Counted from the stretch's first letter, positions 25,316-38,745 are shown. The stretch: 64,000 nucleotides of DNA from Camelus dromedarius (GCF_036321535.1 NC_087436.1:114268001-114332000); one strand, 5' to 3'. Numbers and translations: made by a program. Notes: generated by a model from the sequence alone, not told the origin.

Positions 25316-26121
25316 TACTTACTCCATGATTAGCACTTCCAGAGTTGGGAAAAAACTTGTCAGGATTGGGGAACATAATGCCTCATCTTCAAATAAAAAT
25401 TATTTTCTTATGTGTGTAAGTACACCTGCAAGCAGATACACATATGTGTATACACACACACATGTTCATATGTAAAGCATGCAAACAAATTTGGCCATAA
25501 GTTGCAAAATCACAACATTAACTGTTTATTCATTCTTCCTAAAAATCTCACGTTCTAAATTATCTTACAACTTATGGTAAACAAAAATAGAATGTTTTCC
25601 TCAGCCAAAAATAAAACATCTATCCCCCTTGGTGGTCATTTGAGAGCCAGCCCACCTACCAACAAGTTGTTCTTAATCTTCACTTAGTGCATAATTGCTA
25701 TAACTTTTGGAAATTAGTTCTAAATCAGCTAACCATCACTAAATAAACTATTTCTAAGAGCGTCAAATCAGATGATTGAAGACACACTGAAATTTTCAAA
25801 GGCACATAGCAGATCTGTTCAAAGATACCCTCCCTAGAGAAACACTCCCACATGGGTCCAAGGAGTCATGCACAAGAATGTTTATTACATCATTATTTGA
25901 CATAATAGCTAAAGTTAACAAGCAACCTCCATGCCCATCAATGGGTGAATGATTAGGCAGAAGTGTTGTGCCTTGTTTGTTTTTAATGAGGTAACACTAT
26001 AAATATCAGATCTCCAAAATGTATCATTTACTGAAAGAAAAAAGTCAGATAGATATGATGCTCTTCATGTCAAATAAACCCAAACATAAAATAACACTTT
26101 GTATTATCTGTGGAAGCACAT

Positions 26122-26321
26122 CTAGTTGTCCATCCATGATTGTGGGTTCCGCATCTGAGGATTCAACCAATCACAGATCGAGTAGTACCATGTTTATGAT
26201 GTGTGGTTGGTGGAATCTACAGATGCAGGATTTGAGCATCCACAGATTTTAGTATCTGTGGGGCTGGGTTGGGGGGTGGGGTCCTGGAACCAATACCCCC
26301 AGATACCAGGGAACAATTGTA
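26122..26321. mobile_element. TcMar-Tigger MITE (MER2/MER8-like) inside an old L1ME remnant
   Basis: ttgagcatccacagattttagtatctg...ggtcctggaaccaataccccc...caattgta; degenerate inverted termini, TA at the right end. Confidence 0.8.
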
Positions 26322-26529
26322 TGTGTATAAATGTGTAAATAAGGACTGGAAAAATTGCATAACAAAGTAAACAAAGTGGTTTATTTTGAGAGGAAGAAAA
26401 ACTAGATTGAGGAAGAGATGGGCAAAAGAGGTTCAACATTCAAAAACTTTCCATTTTAACTAGAATATATTATTATTATGTAATGTAAAATGTTAATTTT
26501 TAAAAGGAAAGCATGTGAGTTCATCAGGC

Positions 26530-27256
26530 CATACTGCGGTGCAATTCCGTTGGTAACCACCCATGGTTAATGACATAGTCTCCAGGAAGACTGCCCTCAC
26601 TGCAGAGGCCAGTCACAAATTTGGGGATCCCAAGGCCACCCATGCTGCTGACCAAGTGCCTAGGGGTTCCAGGGGTTCCCATCACCACTCAGATTTGATA
26701 ATTTGCTAGAACAACTCACAGAACTCAGGAATGTATTCTCCCTATGATTACAGTTTATTATAAAGGATACAAATCAGGACCAGGCAAGTAAGGAGACACA
26801 GGACACAGTCTGACAGGGTCCTAAATGCAGAGTCTTTCTGCTATCTCCCTGTGGCATCAGGGTATGTCAGCCCTTTGGCACATCAACGTTTTCCCCAACC
26901 AGGGAGCTCCACTAAGCTTCCACATTTGGAGATTTTAGTGGGGATTCATTATGTAAGCATGATTGCTTGAATCATTGGCCACATAATCGAACTCAGTCTC
27001 CAGCCTCCCTTCCCTACCCAGGGATGGAGAGATCCAGCTGATATCACCAAGCTCAAAGCCCCTACCCTCTAGTGGCAGAGTTTGTCTTTCCAGAACAACC
27101 AGCTTCCATCTGGAGTCACCTCATTAGCAGAAACTCAGGTATGGTCTGAGGGGCTCATGAATAACAAAGACGCTCCTATTACTAAGGAAATTCCAAGTAT
27201 TTAGAGTCTCCTTCCCCAAAATTAAAACAAAGTCCAGTCATATTCCTTATTATACT
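26530..27256 (-). mobile_element. MER21B-like LTR
   Basis: gataatttgctagaacaactcacagaactcagg...gaatcattggcca...gaataacaaagacgctcctattactaaggaaattccaag. Confidence 0.85.
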
Positions 27257-27531
27257 GGTCCGCTGGCGACAAGCACAACTGAACCTAGACATTTGACTGG
27301 TGGATCTATGAAGTGTCAGTCTTATCAAGAAGGCTTATTCTACTAAATTTAGGCTCATGTGTTACAAAAGGAATTTATACTTTAGACATGACTACAGAGG
27401 AGCTGTTCTGCATTGCCTGTGTACACATTAGAAAACCGATTTTGCTTTTATGAGTACAAATTTCCTTTTTCTCTCTTTCTTGTTATTACTCATTGTTGTA
27501 ATTACATTTCGATTAAATATAAGTTGATTCT

Positions 27532-28175
27532 CAATCCCACTCCTGGGCATATATCTAAAGGGAACTCTAATTCAAAAAGATACATGCACCCCAATATTCA
27601 TAACAGCACTATTTACAATAGCCAAGACATGGAAACAACCTAAATATCCATCAACAGATGACTGGATAAAGAAGTTGTGGTATATTAATACAATGGAATA
27701 CTACTCAGCCATAAAAAAAAATAAAATAATGCCATTTGCAGCAACATGGCTAGAACTGGAAATCATTATTCTAAGTGAAGTAAGCCAGAATGAGAAAGAA
27801 AAATACCATATGATAACACTTCTATGTGAACTCTAAAAAAAAAAAGAGAGAGAGAGAGAGAGACAAATGAACTTATTTACAAAACAGAAACAGACTCACA
27901 GACAGAAAACAAACTTATGCTTAATAGGGAGAAAGGGGGTGGGAAGGGATAAATAGGGAGTTCAAGACTTGCAGACACTAACTACTATATATAAAATAGA
28001 TAAACAACAAGTTTCCACTGTATATTTTATTCCATATCTTATAGTAACCTATAAAGAAAAAGAATATGAAAAGGAATATATATGTGTATATATATGACTG
28101 AAACATTATGCTGTACTCCAGAAATTGACACAATATTGTAAACTGACTATACTTCAATAAAAAAAATTTAATATA
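27532..28175 (+). mobile_element. Camelid-type L1 3' end with diverged TSD
   Basis: ORF2 end and UTR; flanks atataagttgattct (27517-27531) and atatgatttgattct (28175-28189). Confidence 0.92.
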
Positions 28176-28761
28176 TATGATTTGATTCTGCAACCTTTCC
28201 TGGTAATTTGGTCTAATACAAAAGAAAAAAAGAAAAAAAGACTGCCTTACATCTGTCCCCAAGTTTCCGCCGTAGCAATACTAATCCAATGCAGACTAGT
28301 AGAGTGGACAAAAGCCCTAGTTATCAAGTCAGCTAGATCTGGATTCAAATCCCAGTTCTACATCAAACTCTGTAACTCAACACAGTCCCATTTGTCCCTT
28401 CCCTCCCCAGATGCACATGTTCTCATTATGATGATCAGGATACAGGAGGTTTGGAACTGGGGTACACACTCCATTCTATTGGTCAAAGCAAGTCTTATGG
28501 CTGAATCTAGATGCAGAATAAAGGCATTTAAAAATTACATGGGAAAAAGTGTGTCAGCATAGGAAAGGAGAGTTGGGGCCATTTTGGAATCTACCATAAT
28601 AACCAATGCTTTCTGAGGACTCATAATATACTAGGATACTTGCTAAGTAATTTATATGCATAACATACAACGATGTTATTAGGATTCTGTGGGCTTACAC
28701 AACGTAAGTAATTTGCTAAAGGTCCCACAGCTACTGAGAGGCAAAATATAAGTTTCTACTC

Positions 28762-29349
28762 TGTTGACAAAAAATTTATCAGTCACTCTAAGAAAAAAAT
28801 TGAAAATTTTTATCAAGCCAAATTTGAGGATTATAACACAGGAAAGCATCTCAGGAAGCGCCGAGAACTGTTCCACCCATTAGACATCAAGGCACAGTTA
28901 TATAAGGTTTTTGAGACAGAGGGCTGTACATTAATTGCACATTATGATAGTTTACACAATCCAGATCAGAGCATCATCGTGATGGATCATGGGACCCCTT
29001 ACAAGATCAAGAAGGAATATTATCTTTTTTTAATTTTTAAACTTATTTTATTTTATTTTTTAAATAACTTTATTGTGGTACAATTTCTGCACCGCAAACC
29101 ATACGTATTTCAGATGTACAATTCGATGAATTTTGATAGATGTATCTTTTAAGGAGTTGTCTTGTTGATGCTACGAGAATTTGCTCTTTATGGCTGAGCG
29201 GGTATTTCTGTCGATGGAGGAGACCCGATCAATGCGTAATGCAGGTACACCATGCACAATAGCGGGGAGGGAAGAGGCCAGAGGGCAGAGAAAAACTTTC
29301 ATGTTTAAATTTTTCTTGTCTTGTCATTGGCTATGAATTTTACTTCACA
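28762..29349 (-). mobile_element. ERV1-class solo LTR interrupted by a short L1 tail
   Basis: TG...CA termini; flanks ACTC/ACAC (4 bp, one mismatch); minus-strand TATA-like cttatataac (~28897-28906). Confidence 0.75.
29029..29142 (-). mobile_element. Short retrotransposed L1 3' terminus with TSD
   Basis: T-rich tail and minus-strand AATAAA; TSD TATCTTTT (29021-29028, 29143-29150). Confidence 0.85.
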
Positions 29350-29564
29350 ACACAAAACTGTCTGACTCGAGGTCCTAAGTTCTTACCCCAAAATTATGTA
29401 GCCCTTATCAATGTCTGCTACTTGGAGGCAGCTAGGAAGGTAGGCAGAAACCACAGTCACATCACATTGGAGTGCCCAAGTGCTGTGACGTGACTTTATA
29501 ACTCTCCTTGGGGAAAATGTCGCATTCCCCTTACTGTTTGGTTTGATTTCTCCAGACTACCTGG

Positions 29565-29960
29565 TTTTGAATTCCAATTTTATAGCTTATTAAACGTGGA
29601 TAGGTTGGATGAGTTACTTGACAATTTCGTCTCACTTTCCTCATCTGTAAAAGGGGAATAAAGTAAAATATCTATCATAAGGGGCGTTAAGTTAAATAAC
29701 TGAATAATGGGATAATTAATACTTATTTATAATAAGTTCACCTAACATTTATATTGGGTTTATGATATGTCAGGCACTATTCAAACTGCTTTTCATAAAT
29801 TATCTCCTTTAATTTTTCACAGGACCTATCAGGATAATACTACTATTCTTCTCAGTTTCTGTACAAGGAAACTGAGACATGAATAGTTTAAACAACTTTC
29901 CTCAGGTCACAGAGTTAATAAGTAGCAGAAGAGGAATCCTAGCTGGGCAATTTGCTTCTT
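29565..29960. mobile_element. Two oppositely oriented MIRs
   Basis: Plus core tttcctcatctgtaaaagggg (~29636); minus core aggaaactgagac...aggtcacagagttaataagt (~29866-29925). Confidence 0.75.
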
Positions 29961-30759
29961 GTGATCTACTTTCAAATCAGCAACAGTCGGATTGCTGAAA
30001 ACATCAGTGCTGTTTTTTTTTCAACTGTGGTTGAATGTCATGTTATTCCAGAAAAGGTACCCAAGGATTATGCCCACACTAGGGTTCTACCACTGGGCTC
30101 ATTCACCCCCTGTCTGTGAAAGGACAACCTAATGGCTGGACCAGAACCAGATAATGGACCTTGAGGACTCCTGTTTCCTAAAGAGGAAAGCTGGAGCACC
30201 ACGGCTGCAGGGCTCCCATCCAGGCTGTTCCTCTCACTGCAGACTGAAAACAAATAACTCTCAAGAAGCCCGCTTGTGAAGCCTTAGACTAGATCTCCTG
30301 GCAAGGAAGCTGAGGAGGACTTGACACTTAACGTCATGTCCCTGAAGTGTTTGCTGCTTCTAGGATGATTGATCTAAATGGCTCCGAATAAACAACAATG
30401 AGCTGGAGATGAAGGTGTCCTCAGCTCCCAGGCATGAGACATTGGGTGTGAGCGCAACAGACACACACACACACACATACACACATCACCTAGAGCTGCC
30501 TTATGGCTCAGACTCCTGTCTTTCCCAGAGGCAAACCTTGTCCTTTCGTATGACTTTTTGAATGGAGACTAGTGCATCACAATAATGGGGCTTCAGTTTC
30601 ATCCCATCATCAGAACTGCATAATCCAGCTGGGAACACAGAGGTACAGAAAGATTGACTAGCTCACCTGAGGTCGTATTGCTGGATGTAGTAGAAGCAAT
30701 GTCCATCCCATACATTGCTGTCTCGTGTCTCTGCCCTGGTAACTACAGTGGGAAGAGCT

Positions 30760-31410
30760 TGTTCCTAAACCAGGTTCATTTGCACCCCCACACAGCAGGC
30801 CAAACACTGAGATGCTGGAGGTTGAGCAGAAGAAACGTTTATTCACAAGGCAGCCAAGCAAGGAGATGGAAGAACAAATCTCAAATCCACCTCCCCAAAG
30901 GCAATGGTCTTGGGATGTTTACGGGACAAAGAAGTGGGTGATCTGAGGCCTGGGGAAAGTTCATCAGAGGTAAGAAAAAGGCAAAATAATCAGTGTTATG
31001 TGCAGGCATATCTGAGTTACATCCTTCTTCATGGGAAACATGTTCAGAAAATGACGGTGATAGCATGACCTGAGGGTAGAGTTTTTGGTGCTCTGAAGTT
31101 AAAAGGTCATCCATCAGACACTCATGCAAGCCCAGCTGAATGGTCACTGGTCTTTACCAGTTTGAATTGGGCAAGACTAGTTCCTGAAAAACAACGTAAG
31201 CAAACTTTATTATAGGGACTCATACGTCGAAGGAGTTATCTATAGGGGGCAGTTAAAGGAGTCTTGTGATATATTGTCTAAACAACATAAAGCTTGGAGG
31301 ATTTGCAGGAAGAGTTAAGGCAAGCTTGATGGTAAAGGCAGGTTAGAGGGTAATATTTATTAAGCAAGTTATAGTTTAAGGTGTCTAACTGATGACTGCC
31401 CTTGGTTTCA
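30760..31410 (-). mobile_element. ERV1-class solo LTR (MER4/MER41-group-like)
   Basis: TGTT...TTCA termini; perfect 4-bp TSD AGCT (30756-30759, 31411-31414); minus-strand AATAAA at ~30838-30843. Confidence 0.9.
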
Positions 31411-32449
31411 AGCTTGACTCAGTAAGTGTGATCATCTCTACCCACTGTGAACCAGAGCCCCCCGGAATCCTTCCCATCATTTATAGAAAGAAAAAAAGTA
31501 AGTATCAGGGTAAGATGATAAGAGAACTAAATTCAGAAATACAAAGCAAAACCATCCTTCATTGAAAGTCTATCACTCAATTCATTTGTAAGAAGTCACA
31601 AATCCATTCTCAAAGCAAAAGGAAGACCCTATGGATTTTAATTTAGTGGTGTATCTTGCCAAGTGATATTTAAGGATATTAAGTCCAGTGATAATGTAGG
31701 GACTCAGACAAGCTAAGAAGTAATTAGTAGTAAAGACAATTCTGTGTTTGCCACAACATTTCTTCTCCCTGTACATACAACACATTTGAATTTCCCAATC
31801 TACTCTGAAATTTGGTTGAAGCCATGAAACTGAGTCCTGGCCAATAAAAGGTGGGCAAAGTTGATATAAGCCATGTCCAGCTATGCACTATTAACAATTT
31901 ATCCTAAAGAAATGCTTGTATAATTGCATGAAATTATATTACAAGAATGTTCATACAGCATTATTCATAAAAGCAAAAATTTAGAAAGAACCTAGAAATC
32001 TAAAAGAATATTAAACAATTAATTGGTATATCCAAAACCTACAATTGTATGCAGCCTCCAAAATGAATACATAGTCCCAGTTACTATGAGTAGCTTTATC
32101 ACACTAATTCTCCTACTGAAAACAACCTAAAAGCTGAATTACGTTTTAAAATGACATTTTTTGAAGGCATCAAAGAGAAATCAATGCCAATGACAATCAA
32201 GGGATTAGAATTAGAAAAAGTATTAAGATGAGACCGACTCAAAATTAAAATTAAGAATAACTAAGGCAGCCAGGACTGAGGGGCCCAAATCAGAGACAAA
32301 AGAGCAGCACAGAAAAGTGAGCCCAAAATTACTCGTGCAATGTCCCTCAGATTACTCCTTGATTCCTAAACTGTACATTCATGGAGATAGATAGTGAAAT
32401 TGATATTGGAAAGCATCGGCTAAGAGGTTAAAAGTCTAAGCAGAGATTC

Positions 32450-34465
32450 GGAAAAAAAGAAAATCATACACATAAAAGAAAACTCAGTAAAATAAAAACA
32501 ATATAAAAAAATCAACAAAGTAAAAATATGGTTATTTTTAAAGATTAATAAAATTTATAAACTCCTCTCAATTCTAAAAAAAAATAAAAATGAAAGGACA
32601 CAAATAACATATATTAGGAAGAAAAAAATAATATTATCACAATTTCTACAGTGATTAAAGGAATAGAAAGATAAATTAATAACTTTTGCCAATAAGCTGA
32701 AAAGCTGAAAATAAATAGACAAATACCTTAAAAGCACAGCTTGCCAAAACTGACATAGAATAAATAAAAGATCTGAATATTCCTGCATATATATTAAGAA
32801 TTTAAACCATAAGTAAAAGTCCCTCCACAAAGAAACCTTCAGTCCAAGATAGCTTAGCCAGGGAATTCTTTTGAATATTAAAATAAGAAATCATGCCAAA
32901 CTTATATCAACTCTTCCCAGGAACAGAAAAAAAAAAGAAGTATCTCTTGTTATAATATTAACATAACCTCAATTTCAAAATCTGTCATTGAAATTACAAA
33001 CAAAACATTACAGACCCATCTCTATGATGAACACACACAACAGTCTGAAACAAAGTAATAGCAAATCAAATGCAGTGATACATAAAATGAGAATGTATTA
33101 TAACAATGTAGGGTTTCTTCCAGCAATGCATGTTAGTTTATCACTTTAAAAAATTAATTAATGTAGCTCACCATATTAAAAGAATGAATAAGAACCCCAC
33201 ATGAATATCTAAATTAGTACTGAGGGTGCATTTGATAAAATTCACCATGCAGTCATGATTTTTCAAAAAAGTACTCTAGGAAACAAAAAATTGAAGGAAA
33301 CTTCCCTAATCTGATAGAGTATCTGGTTAAGGAAGAAAAATAATAACCCGATAGTAAACATGATATTAGCGATGGAATAGTAGAAACTCTTCCCCTAAGG
33401 TTGGGAGTGAAACGAGAACGTCTGCTGACCGAGATCCTCTCCTTGGCCAAACTGAGTCAAGCTCCTGAGTCTTCGGCTCCACTAGCCCAGAGCTTGGGCT
33501 TCCATCGCCATCCTGTAGAGTCCAGGTTTAGCAAGAGTCTTGCTAAGGCAGTTTAGCCAGAATTCCCCAACCTCAAAATCTGATTATGCTGATATCCCAA
33601 CCGAATTCCTCGTCTCCCGGTATCTCCCAGGTGGGAGCTGGTCACAGTGCCTGCCTTCAGCAAGAATCCTACTAAGTCAGTTTAGCAAAGAATTACACTA
33701 GCCTTACAGTAATTTTCACCTATTGACCCCCACTCCCTTGTTTCTTCACTATAAACCCTGACTTTTCCTTGTTATATTCTGAGTCAAGTCCAATCTCTCT
33801 CCTTAATTATAAAATCCTGTGACAGTAGTCCTACACCCATCATGATTATACTGAATAAAGTTTACCTCACTATTTCAGCAAAAATCATGAGTAATTTTTT
33901 TCACTAACACTGCTACAACCTCTTCTATGTGTCATTACTATAGAAGGTTTAATGAGTGCAAGATAAAAAAGAAAATAAATAAAATTAAAAAGTAACTAAA
34001 AATTAAATTTAAAAATATGACAATATAAATGGAAAATGAAAAAAATCTACAAATAAATTATGAAAATAAATAAGTGAATTTTGTAAGATTTCTGATTACA
34101 AAGTAAGTATATGAAAATTAATTGTTTTTCTACATCCTAGCAACAATTAGAAATTAAATTTACAGAAATACAACTAAAAATATCTACCCTTAAAATACAT
34201 CAATATTCAGGAATAAATCTAATTTTTAAAATGGGCAAAATACCTACACAGAAAAACACAAACATTACTAAAATAAAATTGGAGAATCAAATAAATGGAG
34301 GGTTATACCATATTCATGGATTAGAAGATTCAATAGTCTAAAGGTATCAGTTCTACACAAATTAATTTATAGATTTGCATCCAACAAAAATTTCATGGAA
34401 GTTGGTAAGATGATTATAAAATTAGTATGGAAATGAAAAAGGTTAAGAAGAGTGAATACCCTTGA
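32450..34465 (+). mobile_element. Degraded old L1M ORF2 (EN-to-RT region), split by an LTR
   Basis: A-rich ORF2-like motifs (gcatttgataaaattca; gaaggaaacttccctaatctgata; ccatattcatggattagaagattcaata) with many stops and indels. Confidence 0.8.
33426..33909 (+). mobile_element. MER31-like ERV1 solo LTR
   Basis: TGAC...TAACA; perfect TSD CTGC (33422-33425, 33910-33913); repeated cagtttagc motifs; AATAAA at ~33854. Confidence 0.9.
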
Positions 34466-35195
34466 AAAACTGAAGACTTACCCTATGATCCAGCAATCCC
34501 AGTCTTAGGCATACATCCAGAGAAAACTCTAATTAGAAAAAATATGTGTGCCCCAATGTTCATAGCAGCACTATTTATAATAGCAAAGACAGGGAAACAA
34601 CCTAAATGTCCATCAATAGATGACTGGAGAAAAAAGTTGTGGTATATATATATAAATATATTTTTTATATGTGGTATATATTCTCTATGTGGTATATATT
34701 ATATATATAGAATACTGTATAGAATGTATATAGAATAGAATACTACTTAGCCATAAAAAAGAATAAAATTTTGCCATTTGCAGCAACATGGATAAAATTG
34801 GAAAGAATTATGCTAATGAAATAAGTCAGACAGAGAAAAATAAATACAGTATGATATCATTCATATGTAGAATCTAAAAAATACAACAAACTAGTGAACA
34901 TAACAAAAAGGAAGCAGACTCACAGATAAAAAGAACAAACCAGTGGTTACCAGTGGGGAACAGGAAGGGAGGAGGGGCAAGATAGAGGCAGGGGATTCAA
35001 ATGTACAAACTACTATGTGAGAAATAAATCAGCAACAAGGACATATCACACAGCACAGGGAAATATGGCTATTATTTTATAATCACTTTAAATGGAGTAT
35101 AATCTATAAAAGTATTGAATTGCTATGTTGTACACTTGAAACACATGTTATAAATCAGCTATACTTCAACTAAAAATAATTAAATTAATAAATAA
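34466..35195 (+). mobile_element. L1_Art-like 3' end with internal TA-rich microduplications
   Basis: ccctatgatccagcaatccc...aaaggaagcagactcacagat...aaatcagctatacttcaactaaaa; tgtggtatata occurs three times at 34638-34698. Confidence 0.88.
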
Positions 35196-36185
35196 ATGTT
35201 TAAGTTTGGATCTGCACGTACCAACATAGAAAGGTGCCCAAGCTATAATATAAAGCGAAAAGAGCAAGTTGTAGAACAGTCCCTGCCATCTGAGCCCATG
35301 TTGGAAAAGTGAACTTATAAAGCTTAATACACACTTTAATTTGAAAGAATCCGCTACCTATGGTGAAGGCTCTGTGTGATAAGAGACGTCACTCCAAACC
35401 CATAGTCTTCATTACTTTAGTTTTTGGGTTTTTTTTTTTCCCCCAAGAAAAGCACCATTACTTTACTGATTGGGATTTTTTTTTTTAAGCTTCTGAAAAG
35501 CTATTAGGTAAGTGAGGGCTTGAAGTGAACTGCAATCACTGTAATTGAAATAAAACTATGATATCTAGAGAGATTTAGTATAAAAAATAATTTGAATTTG
35601 ATTATTTTGCCCCAAAGAATGCCTGAAAACAGGAAGTGAGAGAGGGGTCTAGTTGTCTGCAATGTTCCAAGGAGGGACTGTAACCCCAGTATCAAAATTA
35701 TGTATTTTAACCCAATGCCAAAAATTAAAGGGTATGTTCATTTCTTCCATCACCTTCCCTCGCCTTGCTTCCAGCTCTTGTCTACATGCTGTATTTTCGC
35801 CAGTTTTATTTCCATCCACAGTCTTATGTATTTTCCCCCTCAGGAGTAGAATGTATTCTGCCATATTACTTTCAATTACCATTTAATAATTTATGAAATT
35901 ACTCAGCATCATACCTGCAGTATTTCAGTCAGGCCCCATTACATTGTAATGAGGTATGATTTAACATGATCATTATAAATGCTGCTAAAGGTTAATAGGG
36001 AAAAAAGTTTCATTCCAATGCATTTTATTTCAATCATTTAGGAATAAAATAAGCATCTGTCACTAAGCATAGGATTTCCTTTCCCTGTAAGCAGCAGGGT
36101 ATGATTACTTCTCTCACAAAAGTTTAGCAGAATATAAAGGATTACCACCTGGCCGAAAGCCAAGCTGTGGGAGGTACAGTGTAAA

Positions 36186-36393
36186 GCAGACTTTTCCAAA
36201 GATTGTGCCATAGAGTTTGGGGGCAGGACAATTCTTTATTGTGCAGGATCGTCTTTCCCATGGAATAATCAGCATTCCTGACGGTTCTCTGCTAAGTACT
36301 TATAGCCTCCCATTACTACTACAGCCAAAAATAGCCCTGCAAATTTCCAAATGCCCTCTGGGGGGCAGCACTTCTCACAGTTTAGTACCACTG
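36186..36393. mobile_element. MER20/MER112-like hAT MITE
   Basis: ggggcaggacaattctttattgtgcagga...ccaaatgccctctggggggcagc...accactg. Confidence 0.65.
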
Positions 36394-36574
36394 GTTTAAA
36401 AGGTTGAACATTAGTTTTCAAATCTAGAGAGTCTAGTTTTGAAAGTCTAATTTATGCTAAGCAGATATTTTGAATGTAGTAAGAGAGAAAAAGTAACTGT
36501 TTATGATATCAACCATCCTCTAAAGAGGGTGGATCTTTTGTTTTGTGACCCCCTACAGTGACCTGAAGGGCAAG

Positions 36575-36710
36575 CTTATACCAGCTCTCAAGAGCTGACC
36601 GCGTATGTCCCTTCCCAACTCTACATTCAGTGACCTCACCTTGGTACTCTGAAATCAGACGTGGTGGGAATTTTTAAATTGTTGTTAAACATTCACCAGT
36701 ACACCATTGT
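36575..36710. mobile_element. MER63-like hAT MITE
   Basis: cccaactctacattcagtgacctcacc...ttgttaaacattcaccagtacaccattg. Confidence 0.7.
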
Positions 36711-38349
36711 TCTTAGTGGATGTGTCTCAATATGTTTTAGATAGGAGCCAGGCAGATCTGAGTTACTACACATGATGGAGAGAAAAGAACTTGCAGATCC
36801 TAGAGACAAGTTACTTCAGAACATGGATGGAGAAAAGGACCAACGAGCAGAAACTTGCAGCCTTGCTCTGTTGTGACTATCGATCTTCAGCAAGTTCTTC
36901 TCAACTTAAAAAAAATGCTTGAAGCTCAAGAGCTACCAATGAGGATGCCGAGTCTTGCCTGAATACTCATTCAATGAATACATTTTGAGCACCTGTCAAG
37001 TGCCAAGCACTGTTCTGGGCACCAAGTTGACAAAGTCATTCAAAGGTAACACACATAACTGCAGAAACATGAGACAGAGGAGATCCTCTGTGAAAAATCA
37101 AATTCCAGAGACCATAATTTCTTCCAGAAAATTTATGGAGGATTTTGAATATTTCCTTGGAACCAGTGAAGCACCAAGCAAATCCTACCTGGATGTGAAA
37201 GGAGCAAGGAACTGAATTTCATATGGAAAAGGAAAATTGTACAGAGGCTTAGTTGGTAAGAAGCATCCAATTTCCTGGCATCTGAGACTGAACCCTTCCC
37301 TTCCCTCAACCCTGAAACTAGTACCCCTGAGCAAATCACTGAACCCTGGCATGTGGGACAGGCTGAACTCAAGGGAACACCAGGATGGTGAGGAGTCTGG
37401 ATCCTTGTAAAATGAAGACATCACCCTTTGAGAACATCGCATAAGACGTGTCTTCAGATGACTGAGGGCCATCAGTTTAAAGAGAAATTAGATGTTTCTA
37501 CCTCTAAGGGAAAGATTAAAAACAATTTGACAGAACAGGCAGACAGATTTAATCTCAAAAATAGAAAAAAAATCTTTCTAGCAGTCTTAGCTGCCTGGCA
37601 CTGAAGTGACTGTATCTCAACCTTATTCCATGCCAACAAGTTAAAGTCCAAGTGCATTTGTGGCTGCTACAGCACTCTCGTGACCTGTCTGGTTCCCGCC
37701 TGCTGCGCCAGCTGCAATAGCTCCCACTCCTGTCTTGCATTTAATGTTTAGGGAAGACCAAAGTGCTTGTCGTTTCAGCACACGCCAAGTTGTGTATTCT
37801 TTCAACTCCTGGCTTCTTCTTGATTTGGCTATAATCTGCTTATGCCTTAGGACTCAGCCTGTGCATGCCTGTCTTATCTGCTCCCAGACATTCTATATGT
37901 CTTCATTACTGACCTTTTGCATGTGCCTAAATAAAACACATTTTTGTGAGTGTGTCGTTACTGTACTGCTAAACAGATCTGTGTCTAATTTGGGCTCTTT
38001 ATGGAATGGTCTATATAAAACACAGACTATTCTGCAAGCACAAAATTCACTTAGGTGTCCCTTGGTGGCAGTCCCAAACAGACAGTCATCTTCCAGAGCA
38101 GCTGAAGCTGAGAGCTAAGGAAGGACAGACAGAGCTGCCAACGGAGGCAGGCGTGCCTTGTGCATATAACATGTTTGCCTAGTTGTGGCTAAAGAAAAAC
38201 AATGAACCCCAAATCAAAACTCACAAGGTTAGACGCTCCAAACTGCAATTTGATTGGAAATCGGGCTGCTTTTCACAGGTATAACTTTTAACCATAGTTA
38301 GAAATGTTCTTTTTTTGTCCCTGCTGTGGGGTGCTGGAGCCCTCCTACA

Positions 38350-38525
38350 AAAAGTGACTGTGCCCACCCATTTCTTCCCAATTCTGTATTTACTGATGTG
38401 ACATTCGTGGCTTAAAATAGTCATGGTGATCATATTTATATCATAAAAACTGACCAATTTTACAAAGCAGCACTGTTTTTTTTTTGTTTGAGAGATGGTT
38501 GTTAAACATTTACCAGTACACCTCT
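38350..38525. mobile_element. MER63-like hAT MITE, second copy
   Basis: Ends ggttgttaaacatttaccagtacacc, similar to the 36575 copy. Confidence 0.65.
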
Positions 38526-38681
38526 ACCAATGTCTATCAATTTCTTCAAGATTCAATTTTATTATTATTTGGGACCACTTCAAGCGCCTCATCTCTTTGC
38601 CATGACCAGTACGTTTAATTAAGTTCTCATCAGTTGGAAATAGAGAACCTCAACTGGATAAATACTATATTCTTTTCTTTA

Positions 38682-38684
38682 AAT

Positions 38685-38745
<61 letters not shown>

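Noticed and set aside
29565..29960. Hairpin or miRNA from inverted MIRs
   Set aside because: The arms look too diverged for a long stem by eye.
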